Below, piece by piece: positions 38,301-49,581 of a stretch of 64,000 nucleotides of DNA. Each line of letters opens with the position of its first letter. Position 1 is the stretch's first letter. The DNA comes from Spirogloea muscicola (Eukaryota): the NCBI GenBank assembly GCA_009602725.1, contig WELB01000007.1, positions 293,116 to 357,115 on the forward strand, read 5' to 3'. Under the pieces are notes generated by a model. It was not told the DNA's origin. It did no database searches and was given only the letters and a program-made list of their open reading frames with translations. Made by a program: the position numbers and the translations under genes.

Positions 38301-39580
38301 ACTGCGCAAGTGATCAAAGGCAGGCCAAAATGAGCCAGCACACTGTTCAGGCGCAATCTAGTGCAAAGAATGGGGCCTCCAAAGAAAGCAAAGCCCTAGG
38401 CTAAGAGTCTGACATGAAGGGCCTTCCAGAATACTTTCCAGAAGGGGAATCCAGCGGCTTTTTAAGACGGGCAAGGGCTGTAGAAAGCCAGCCAACAGTA
38501 GGATGAACAAGGCTGTAGTTCTTCCACAACAAGGGGCAATGGCTGTGAAAGGCCAGCCCAAAATCAAAGAACGGGCAAGGTCCAGAGTTGCCGGAAATAA
38601 GTACACCACACAGCTAGTGCTACTGGGCGCGCAATTTCTTTCTATTATGGGGGCAGATCAACAAACCCTGATCAACGGCCGCAAGTCAGAGTAGCTTGCG
38701 GACGTAAAGGTGTCGAAGATGTAGGAGTCTAAAAGCGTTTAGTACTCAAGGTAGCAAGTGACCACGACGTACGGCAATTCAGTACTTCCTGATTTATAGC
38801 CATTGCCCCCAATAATCTGACAATCGGGCTGACCTTTCACAGCCATCGCCCCCATTTGGAAGACCACCTTCCCTCAAAGAGAGAAGAGAAGGGAAAGGAC
38901 TGGACAAGGCGCCTGTCCAGGCACTTCAGAAGCTCTCTCAGCAGGTAAAAGCGTGGATAGGGAGATGGTGGGCCTGAGAAGCCAAGCATTATGGCAAGTA
39001 CGTCAACAAAAGTACATCACCTGTTGCTAAGCTGACCCGCTCACTGACCGCAGGTCACCAAGTAGAGGTCGCCAAATTTGATGCCCGAGTACTGGACGGC
39101 GACTTGCAGGCCCTTCTGCCTCCAAGCTTGTCCAGCTCTCAATTCCAAAGCCTGAGCTCGCTGCAAAGAGGCTGACACATGACGTTGCAAAGACAATAAG
39201 ATATGCCGCAGGCAAGGCCAATTCAGCAGGAAGCACAGCTTCAGGCGTGCACTATGATTCAACAGCGGCGGTGTTAGCCAGTCGGTTGTGCATGTGCTCA
39301 CTTGTGTGTACTATAACCCACATTCAACTGCGGGGTGCGCTTTTACCTCTGCCTCCCATAGCACTGGGCTTCCGTTCGTGGGACTCATTCGTTTGCACCA
39401 AACTGCACCAGCTTTTGCCTCAATTGGTGTGGTATGGCCTCCCTATCTGCGGCTGCGAATTACTCGCATTTGCTGCTGCTCACCTGTGGGTACTGAGCTT
39501 TCCTTTGCGTCCTCTCGTGTCTAGCTGTGTAACTTTTCTTTGCGGCACCTGTTTTTGGCTCTTTGAATTGTGTCCATTCT
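35305..39580. mobile_element. About 4.3-kb retroelement 3'-end mosaic between divergent E2 and SWSAP1-like genes
   Basis: Families C, H, D, F, B, A in both orientations. Long H tail PAAIDIFGCLGPRF...RVSACLQRAQANALHQKAGRA...SDLYVLTRGF* (stop 35551). Internal duplication 35910-36211 / 36617-36921. Confidence 0.8.
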
Positions 39581-39798
39581 TTCTTATCTCATGTCAAGCG
39601 CACCGGCTCGCCTTCTCACGTCATATCCTAGATCAGCCATACGTCGAAGACCGGACAGCTGCCCATGGTTGCCTCCTCCGCCACAAAGGTTTCCGCCAGC
39701 TCCCGCCCTCGCCGCTCTCCCCGCGGGACTCCTCCCGCTCGCCCTCCCTCGCTGCCGCTGCGCCCGCCCCACGGTGCCATGCCCCCATTCCCCGCGAG

Positions 39799-41895
39799 AT
39801 GAAGCCGTCGCTCTTCTTCTCCGGCTCCCTCGACCGCACGCTCCGAGCGCAGCTCGACGCTCTGCCCGACGCTGGCCGCTCGCGCCACTCTCTGCTCTGC
39901 GGCCCACCTCGGAGGTGTGCTCTCCGAAACCCCTGCCCTGGCCTGTCGCCTCACCCAGCACGTCAACTCAGAAAACAGGACTTACTCCCATTGTCGTCCC
40001 ATGGAAAGTGTGGAGCATGCTTGTGCCAGCGTGTACTTCTCGTTGGCTACAGTCCGTGCTTGTCGACCCGGGAACATGCACCACTAGTTGGGAGGGAGGT
40101 CTGCCGAGAAGTAAAAGACCTCACAAGCCACAGGCGAGCAGCACAAGCTCACAAGCATCGTCTGTCATGACTGCAGTGGCAAAACGTCTCTGCTATTCAA
40201 CTTTGCCTGCAACGTCTGCCTGCAGAATGGTGGAGGAACGGCAGTCATTATCTGCAAGCGGCAGAAACTGGAAGCATCCCCCCCCCTCCTCCCGCCAGTA
40301 AGGAGTGCCGGGTCGTCCTAAGATCCTTCGAAGGGTCCTCCTAAGGTCATTTGAAGAAGAGCTCAGTGATCTATGACCATCAAGCATGTGCCACCATTGG
40401 CGACTTTTCCAGACATGTTACAGACACTTATTTAGCTCTTGGCACAGACGCAGCAAAGCTGGAGCTGCTGCACGTGATGCCAGATGGAACAGAGATACCA
40501 GCAGAAAGCAGATGATGACACCGTGGACATCACGCTGAGCTTAAGAGTTGGATATTTGACAGCAATCAGAGGAGCCTACACACGAGCTGCTGATGTGCTT
40601 AAGAAGTCGAATATATAAAAGACTGATTTATGGTGACTTTGTTAACTACACTTGAGCTGCTAATGTGCTCAAGGTCTCGGATACTCATATCAAGCCTGAT
40701 CAGTTGACTCTGTTACCTGCAGGGTGCAGATATTCAATCTGATGCATATGAGAAAGTAGCTCTGAGGTAGACCCTGCACTGGGACTCTTCGTTATTGTGG
40801 CCTACACTCCATGATGGCCACCCTTCAGAACGCTCTCCTGCAATAAGTCAAGGACAGACATTGCGCGTCAATTTTTATGCAGTCTGCTTATCTCCTGCTC
40901 TCCTTGCTCATATTTGCTGCCATGCAGATCCAGAGTGAGACCCGGTCTTGTCGTTTCAGGTACTTGAGCGATGGGCAAGAACTGCGCAAGTACCTAGCTT
41001 GCTTGCACCTTTCCAGTCAGCTGCCCAGTCTCATCATTGTGGATGACTTCTATGAATACTGCAGCGAGTGAGCGCTGTCCTTCAGCTCCTTATCCTTGTA
41101 ACCTCGCTGGGCACATGCCATGACCTCGTCGTCAGCAAGTGCCAGATACTTATCACAGCCATCAAGGTGTGAAGGTCAAGGGCGTAGCTAATATCTCCAC
41201 ATACAATCACCAACAACTCGGTCCAGAGATGTAGAGCATGGGCTTGTAATGCCAAGGGAGATGAGCTTTGCAAAGATGCTGGCGCTGCTCCACGAGACAG
41301 TCAATCAGATCAGGTGCTACTGGTGGTGCTGAATCTGGTCGGCAGGACATGGGCTGCTCTGTATGCAATCTGGATTTGCTTTTGACAACTTGCATTGTCG
41401 AGGTCAAGCTGCCTACACCTGTTCTTAAGCTTCAGCATATAACACTTGCAGGCTTTTTGACAAGCATCGATGAACATGTACTGATCCTGATGTTTTGCGT
41501 GAAAGTGACATGCTAGGATCTCCGAGGTCTTGTGAGCTGCTAATCTCTGATGTGCTCGTTGGAGATGGCCCGCGCTTGTTGTACATATACAAGCGATGGA
41601 TTGCTGTGACCTACACAATTCAAGGTGATGATGAGGTGCATTCACATAAGAAGCATCGGAAGACTCAGTGCTGCCTGCTGGCCGTTACTGGGAATCATAT
41701 GCTTGTGAGAATGGCACCCTTTTGCCCAGCTGTTGACTGCAATGCTTGCCGTGTGCAGAAGCTGGAGAAGGTCTGCACAAGCTGCAGCAGTCCAAAGGCA
41801 CCCTGCAGGAAGGATACTGTCTGTGGGCTGCCATTTTCTCCATGTCTCAAGGATACTTGACTTTGCGGGAGGTGCAAACCGCAAGTGGTGCCTGA
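39799..41895 (+). CDS. SWSAP1-like small RecA/RadA-fold ATPase, spliced
   Basis: Walker A split by an intron, LLCGPPR/SGKTSLLFNFA; ELRKYLACLHL...LPSLIIVDDF (Walker B); GPRLLYIYKRWI. Last exon less certain. Confidence 0.7.
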
Positions 41896-42109
41896 GTGAG
41901 ACTCGGTCTTACAGAAGGGAGACCTGCTCTTGCAGACCTTGTACATTCCTTTGGGCCTCTCACAGCCACTGCCTTACATGGGAAGAGCTATTTCTTTCCT
42001 CCACCGCCTGGCCACCTGGTCGATGCTTGGTGTTGAAGTCGGGCCGGTAGCTTAAAGCATGCTGGCGTTCCCGCAAGCATTGGTTGCTTCTTACACCCCT
42101 TTTCGTTTC

Positions 42110-43790
42110 TATCCCGGTTCCAAAAGGGCGACGCTTTCCTGCCCTCTAGTCATTGTAATCTGCATTTGCTGACTAGAGGTTATTGAGCGCCCACTCGCAG
42201 AAGTCACAGAGAATAGTGCTGTGCTTTTGGCGCCTCCTGGCTGTTTCAAACCTTGAACAATCCGTCGGGCTGGCCTCTCCCAGCGTTTTGCCTTCCAGTG
42301 GACGAGCTCTTTCCTTCTTCTTATGCTCACTGCGCGATGACTGCCGCAGCCGACTGCGCCGGCAGAGTGGGCGAAGGAGGCGCGCGGTGCGCATGAAAAC
42401 ACTGTTCGAGGGGTGCAGACAGTGGGGCTACATGAAACGAAGCCGTATGCTAGGGTGGCCCTATGCTAAGGTAGTAGCAGTGTGATGTTAGTGCCAACGA
42501 GTGAGCACCTTGGCGCGTAGGAATGGTGAGCGTGCTTGCAACCCAACTCGCACAAAAGCTGGGCTGGCCATTTCCCCCCCAACCTTTGGAGAGAGAGCGC
42601 GGCCAAATTGACTGGTGGCTGTCAGAGGCCAGCCCAAAGGAATGGACAAGGTCTGAAAGGAGCCGGATGGCGTAGAAAGAAGAAGTGGCTCTCCCCATGG
42701 GGGCGAGGGCTGTCAAAAGTGTGTGATGGCGCAGAAAGCAAGGTACTAAGTGCTAAGACGGCAGCAAGGGGACTCTCAGTAACCTCTTTGGAGAGAAGTG
42801 GCTCTCCCAATGGGGGCAAGACGAAAGTGCTCGCCCAGAGAGAAGAGGGGCTGGCAAAGCCAACCCAAAAAGAATGGACGATGTCCAAAGCCAAAGAAAG
42901 AGGTGCCGAAAAAGAACTACTCTACAAACCACGAGACGATGCAGAGGGAAGCTCAATTTCCACGAGTGAGCAACATCAAGTCAGAGTAGCTCGCTGCAGG
43001 GACAGAGGCACTCCGCCGAGACTCGGAGGCAGCAGCCATAGCACGGCCTGCTCGCGTGTGGACGGCGTAGGCAAGGGAGCGTTAGAACGAGACCGCCAGG
43101 CGCATACGTAATACCTGTGAAAAGCCAGCCCGAAAAGTATTGACGAAGGGTCGAATGGGCCACAACGACGGAGGGGCCTGAAAAGAAGAAGTGGCTCTCC
43201 CAATGGGGGCAAGGGCTGTGAGAAGCCAGCCCGAAAATAATTGACAAGGTTCGAAGGGGCCAGACTACGAGCTAAGCAGCGACTGCGGGGCCTGAAGAGG
43301 CTATGGCAGAACGGGGGAGGATGGACCACTCAGAGCTACGAGTGAGGGAGGAAAAGAAGTACGAAGAACAAGCAGCACAGAAAAGAAACGAAGCAGCTAC
43401 GAAGCACTTAGCACTTAGTAACCCCTGCTAAGCAGCCTCTCCGAAAAAGAGTTCGGAGAGCTCTACTTCTTGGACTACGTGGCCACACAGGCCACGCACT
43501 ACGCCCGCAGGCCCACCTGTAGGGAGGTGGCTGTCGGCTCAACCGACGCTTAGTGTTGTGGTATCGTTCCGGTTACATTGTCTCGGCCCTTGCCGCCAGG
43601 GGCGCCCGGTACCGTAGAATGGAGTGATAGAGAGGGTCCTTTTTCCGGCTCCTCTTTCTTTGGCTTTGGACTTTTTTGGATTTAGGGTTTAGGGTTTAGC
43701 GAAAGCCAGCCCCTGTTCTCTATGGGCGCGCACTTCTCTGATAGAGAGAGAAGGGGCGCGCGGAGCGCATGAAGTGAAAGGGAGGCCAAT
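42110..43790. mobile_element. Retroelement 3'-end mosaic upstream of poly(A) polymerase (mainly minus chain C-A-A-D-A-B)
   Basis: Near-identical copies of the A UTR (43180-43347), D tail (42825-43110), B UTR (42595-42787), C UTR (43350-43439), and D plus / F minus ends meeting at about 43740. Confidence 0.8.
43681..43699 (+). repeat. Interstitial plant-type telomeric repeat (TTTAGGG x2.7)
   Basis: tttagggtttagggtttag embedded in a family-D 3' UTR copy. Confidence 0.75.
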
Positions 43791-44095
43791 ACATTGTTCA
43801 GGCTTGGGGTTTGCAAGAACGGCAGAAATTGCTCGCCCATGGAGACTGGGGCTGGGGAATGGGAAGGGAGGCCAACCCAAGGCTTCCTTCTTCGTCACAG
43901 AGCCCTGGTAACGGGGGCCTCTACTGCCCGGACGAGAGGAGGAGGGCAAGGGCCTGTGCCGGCGTGCAGCGCCGCGCCCGCCGCCTGACGCCGCGGGCGC
44001 GCCAGGCGCCGCACCACCCCCCCCCCTNGAGATTGCAAGNNNNNNNNNNNNNNNNNNNNNNNNNNNNNNNNNNNTGCCGCCGCCGCCGCCGCGCC

Positions 44096-47000
44096 ATGGC
44101 GGCGCCGGGCGCCGGCGCAGCCCCGAGCCTCGGCATCTCGGAGCCCATCTCGCTGGCCGGCCCGCTGGACTTGGACCTGGCGCGCTCCGCGGCGCTCGAG
44201 AAGGTCCGTGCCACGCTGCGGCCCTTTACCCGCGATGGCTTCACGCCCGGCCCTCGCTCCGCTGCAAGGCGGCCTAACGCTTAACCCGTCGCTGCGGCGC
44301 CCGCGAGCCTGTGCGTGCTGCCTACCCATGGCCTTGCATGCTGCTGCCATTGCCCGTCCGCTGTTGCCTTGCTTCGGGCATCGCACCGTCATGGAGCGCA
44401 GCTGACAAAGCCCGGCCGGTCGTCCGTCGGCAGTTCCTCAAGGCTGCGGGCCTGTATGAGAGCGAGGAGGAGGCGGTCCGCCGGGAAGAGGTGCTAGGGC
44501 GTCTTGATCAGGTTGGCTGCACTGGACGCCCTTGCCAGGCTGAGGATGCTCTCGCCAGGATGCTTGCGAGTAAGGGCGCCTCTGCTTCTTTTGCAGCGGC
44601 CTCCTGGCAGTGAGGCCAGACAACTGGCCGATTGGAGCAGCTGCTATCTGTTTTGTCCATTGCGTCGAGCTCTCTGATGACCAGCCCGGGGCCATGCCCT
44701 TGCGCAGATTGTCAAGGTGTGGGTCAAGCAGATCAGCGAGGGGAAGGGCTTCAACGAGCAGCTGGTGGCCGAGGCGAATGCCAAGATCTTCACGTTCGGC
44801 TCCTACAGACTGGGGGTCAGTAGATTTGCCGCTGTGCCCTCACCTCTATGCCTGCTCGTCACTCCCGTATCTGGTGGGCTCTGATTTTGCAGGGCATCAA
44901 TGCAGATTCCTGTCTGTCAGTAAGAGCATCGGACGCTTGTGCAGATGCTGAGTAGATTCTGATGCTGAAGAAGAGCCTTGCATGTTGCTTGTCCACCCTG
45001 TGCCATGCTCTTGAGCAGCACGATGCTCCTTCTGACCCTCTGGCGCCTCTTGGGCACGTGAATGGGGCGACAGGTGCATGGTCCAGGAGCTGATATTGAC
45101 ACTCTCTGCGTTGGACCGCGGCATGCTTCACGAGAGGTACAGTAGCCAATGCGCGCAGCATGCGAGGAGGCGTGCAGTCATTGCTTTATCTGTTAGAGAG
45201 GGGTTGACAGAGAGCAGACATTATGTAGGTGGCCATGTCCAAGTTTGACAAACGGGTGGCATGCAATCTCAGTGTGTCCAGTCCAATCGTCACTTGATGA
45301 TATGCACTTGGTGGATGTTGGCTAAGAAAAGGCATGTGCGCAGGAGGACTTTTTTGGGGAGTTGAGCAGGATGCTGTCGGAGATACCCGAGGTCACTGAG
45401 CTGCATCCTGTACCCGACGCACATGTGCCAGTTCTGAAGTTTAAGTTCAAGGACATCTCCATTGATCTGCTATATGCGCGCTTGGCATTATGGGTCATTC
45501 CTGAGGTCTGTGGTCTGCTCGGTGATTCCAGACCTGGGTTCTGGAGCTTGCTCTGCTCGTTTTGCAGATTATAGTCAGAAGCTCTTCTAGGAAGAGCACT
45601 TGCACACATCCCTTAGATTGCTGCTACTTTACCTTGTAACAGTTGAAGCGGTGCTCGATGGGCTTGTGGATGAGACTGCGAGGCTGTGCATCGAGTGAAG
45701 AACCACAGCTGCATGTGCTTCCTCTCTAGCTCGTCTGAGTGTCAGCTCAAGGTGTGCAAAAGCACAGGCAGGCTAGTCTGCAAGATTCAGAGGAGTCGTC
45801 AGTACCATTAGAGCACTCATAGGAAGCGCTTTGAGTGATTCACACCTTAGTTGGGAACATTGCCAGGATCTGGATCTGTCAGGAGAAGAGATTCTACACA
45901 ACGTAGACGAGCAAAGCGTTCGCAGCCTCAATGGGTGTCGAGTCACAGATCAGATATTACGGCTGGTGCCAAGCATTGAGGTAACAACAGTTGAAGAGGC
46001 ACCGCACTCTTGAAGAACCATACGCATACTTATTTTGGTGCTTCTGGTGATGCCGCTTAGGCACTACAACTGTGTAATGGTTTGTTGATTGCAGAAGGGC
46101 CTACAGCTATCATCTGGATGATTGATGTTTTCCTTCCATCATCGACCATGGTGATAACCCCAAGTAATAAGTCGTTTGTGTGGTGTCCCGCGCAGAATTT
46201 CAGAGTGACATTGAGGTGTATGAAGTACTGGGCCAAAAAGCGCGGCGTTTACTCCAATGTGAGGAAGACATGTGGCCAGGATCAGCAGCATAGGCTTTGG
46301 GAATGTTTTGCAGCTTGTGTTGAGCAACTGACACAGAAGGCTGTTCTGGCGTATAAACAAGCAGGGTAGTGATGCTGGGCTCGCCTGTGCTGATGCTATT
46401 CCTTGTCCAACGTCATCCACGTGTGCAGGTCACTGGATTCTTAGGTGGGGTTAACTGGGCTTTGCTAGTAGGTCGTGTATGCCAGCTCTACCCGAATGCC
46501 AGCCCTAGCATGCTCCTTCTGCGCTTCTTCCGGGTGTTCACAGAGTGGCGTTGGCCCTTGCCAGTCATGTTGTGTTCCATTGAAGAAGGGTCACTCGGGC
46601 TGACAGTGTGGAATGCAAGAGTGAATCCTAGGGACCGTTCACACCTCATGCCCATCATCACACCAGCTTATCCGAGCATGAACTCCAGTTACAATGTGTC
46701 GGAGAGCACCCTCCGCATCATGAAGGAGGAGTTTGCGAGGGGCAAGGAGATATGTGAGAGGCTGGAGGTGACTGGTGAACCCTGGGGGAAATTGTTCGAG
46801 ATGTACCCCTTCTTCGAGACCTACAAAAACTACCTTCAGATTGACATCATGGCTGCTGATGAGGACGACGCTCGCAATTGGAAGGGCTGGGTCGAATCCC
46901 GTCTTCGACAGCTGACTCTGAGGGTTGTTCTTCTGCTACTTCCTCCCTTTGCTTCTGACTTACTGTTCTACTGGCTGTACCTGATATGGCTCTCAGCCTT

Positions 47001-48360
47001 CCAGCTATATTTGGCTTCGATTTGAGATAACGTGGTGAGGGTGTCCTTACAACATGGTGTTCTGGGCTGTCCCTTTCCAGATCGAGAAGCACACATATGG
47101 CATGCTTCAGTGCCATCCCTACCCGTCGGAGTTCACAGACTCCGCCTACCTTGGACATCACACTGCTTTCTTCATGGGACTGCAGCGCAACCCGAACATG
47201 GCGCAGCAGGATGGACAGCAGTTTGACATAAGGGCGACAGTGGAGGAGTTCAAGGCAGCTGTTGTGATGTATCAGTACTGGAAGCCTGGCATGGAGATCT
47301 CTGTCCTCCATGTGAAGCGTAAGCAGATACCATCATACGTTTTCCCAAGTGGCGTGCGCCCTGCACGAGGTGAAGGCGCCAAAGTACCAAAACGATCAAG
47401 GGATGCTGCAGCTTGTCCTGCTCCATTGCCAAAGCGAATGTCCGCTACAGAGGAGACTGCTGCAGAGTTGGAGGAAGACGCTGGTGTTCCTGCACCTCCA
47501 GTCAATGGTCACAATCTGTCAGGAGGCCAGCAGGCTTCGGACATTGTTGTGGTACCACCTTTGGTGAAGTCATCCTCTTTGGGCCTTGGAGAAGAGTGTG
47601 GGGATGGTGTTACGTCTTCCAATGGCTTTGTGGGCACCTATGCCAGTGAAGCGGAGGAGTTCAGCACACTTGTTGGGGATGGAGCAATCTCGGGAACTGT
47701 GGGCAGGGTTGAACCTCTGGATGGCCAGCCAGAAGCCATTTCCAAGCTTCCTCTTGCAGGTGGCAATGGTGCAGGAGGACATAAGGATGTCCAACCTGTG
47801 CCTCTTGCTGCAGGCAGTGTGACGCCTTACGAGACCAAGGAGCTGGAGGTTGCTGTTTCTTGTTGATGATTTTGATGCTTGAAATTGGACTTTAACACCT
47901 TGAGTCTCCTGCCCAGCACTTTGTATTGTCCATGAAGTTTGCTCTGCCAGAGACATGGTCACCACTGTGTCACAGACCATGCTTGTGTTACGTTTGGGTC
48001 TGTTGAGGGTGTTTTGGTGCCGTCGTTTCTCTATTCCAAGCTTGTAAATCGCTTGTGATCCCACTTACGTTTGTCTTTTGGCAGCCCCTGCCTGATCTAG
48101 CCCCAGCAAATGTGGCGATCAGAGCAAAGCCTCTACTTCAACAGAAGCCCATGATTAGGTCAGTGCTTTTCCGGCAGAACTTCCTCGCCATTCAGGTATG
48201 AGCAGGTGCAAGCATCAGCCAAATCTCAATTTTGCAGTAGCCTTGATCTTTTCGTTCCGCATGCAAGCAAGCTTCAGCCGCTGAAGGTTTCAGCTGTGGC
48301 TGCCTTTGAGTTTGCAGATTGAATTTTGCTCCGTCTGGACAAAGCAAGAGTAGATCGTGA
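44096..48360 (+). CDS. PAPS: Canonical nuclear poly(A) polymerase, spliced
   Basis: [93 protein letters not shown]-terminal KPMIRLNF. Confidence 0.94.
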
Positions 48361-49581
48361 GAGCTGATGCAGCTCCCACCGGAACGGTGCTCCTAGCTTC
48401 CCAAAGTGGTTCTCGCCTCCACCCAAGCATGGCCAATCCTCTGTCCGTCTGTCTCAGATCTACCTTCTTGTGTGTCATGGAGGGGTTGACAACCATTTCT
48501 GGGGTATTGTGTTGATGACCTTGTGCTGCCACGGATGGCAAGTTCATCAATGCGCACCCTAAAAAGTGCACAGCCAGGTTGTGCGTGGCTGCTCATCATC
48601 CGATCAGGGCTCTCCCAGGTATTGCACTATCTCAGTCGTATTTGCAATGCATATGCATGTCACATACACGGCCAACCAACCTTTGTCGGCCAGCGACTGT
48701 TCTACAACAGCAAGGAGGCGCAGCCAGGCTGGAGTGCAGTTATCTCCTCCAGCCTCTTCTGGACCTCCATATTGCAGGCCAAGTGGTTTCTGACTTTCAG
48801 TGACCTGGTATTGTTACCACAACGTGCATGCATGGGCTGCACAAGGGCATGGACGTTAGTGAGGATAGACAACTCGGCTTCCTTGTATACTGACTGTCGT
48901 CTAAGTGCTCAAGGATAATAGTACTTAGGGACAAACAGAGGACTGTACATTGTACGCGTGGCTGTTGTGAGATCCAAAATTTGTCGGTGAAAATCAGGTG
49001 TCAATTGTGTGTGTATCATGAGGAGCCTGTTTTCCATAGAAGGCCTAGTTGTGCAGATGCTCATCCACGCACGCACCTTGCAAGAAGTGCTTGCAACTTG
49101 AATCTGGTGCTTGCATTTAACATATTGCTACTGCTCTGAAGTCATTTGAGGATGTGAAACATCTTGTTGACTAAGTAACTTCCAAAGACCCATTAGTAGG
49201 TGAGCAGTCCATGGATTGATGTAACTTCAGCACCTGTCATTGTCGCAATCGTCTTTAAATTGGCCAAATCAGTATGTCCAACCTGGCAGAGCCGCCATAC
49301 AGGTGCTGGCCCAAGTCAACACGCCCTAGAGTCACGTCCGTATCCTTACCATTCTCTTGCACGCTGAGGTGATCATGCTCAACACTTTACTCAGCTCCTG
49401 CCGTTCAGCCAATTGAACCAACCCAGTACCCACATCGACCTTGTACAAGCAATGCTGTACAGAAGCACGGCAAGTAACAGCTGGGCAAGTCCTAAAGGGA
49501 TGCAAAATTCTGTCGAGGCACCTAACAGACTGTGTGCACATTGCACATGTCAACACTGCCAAGCTGAACAAGGAGTGATTG

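Noticed and set aside
40510..40595. Possible intronic C/D-box snoRNA (ATGATGA...CTGA)
   Set aside because: No rRNA or snRNA complementarity that I can recognise, and it overlaps a degenerate tandem duplication.
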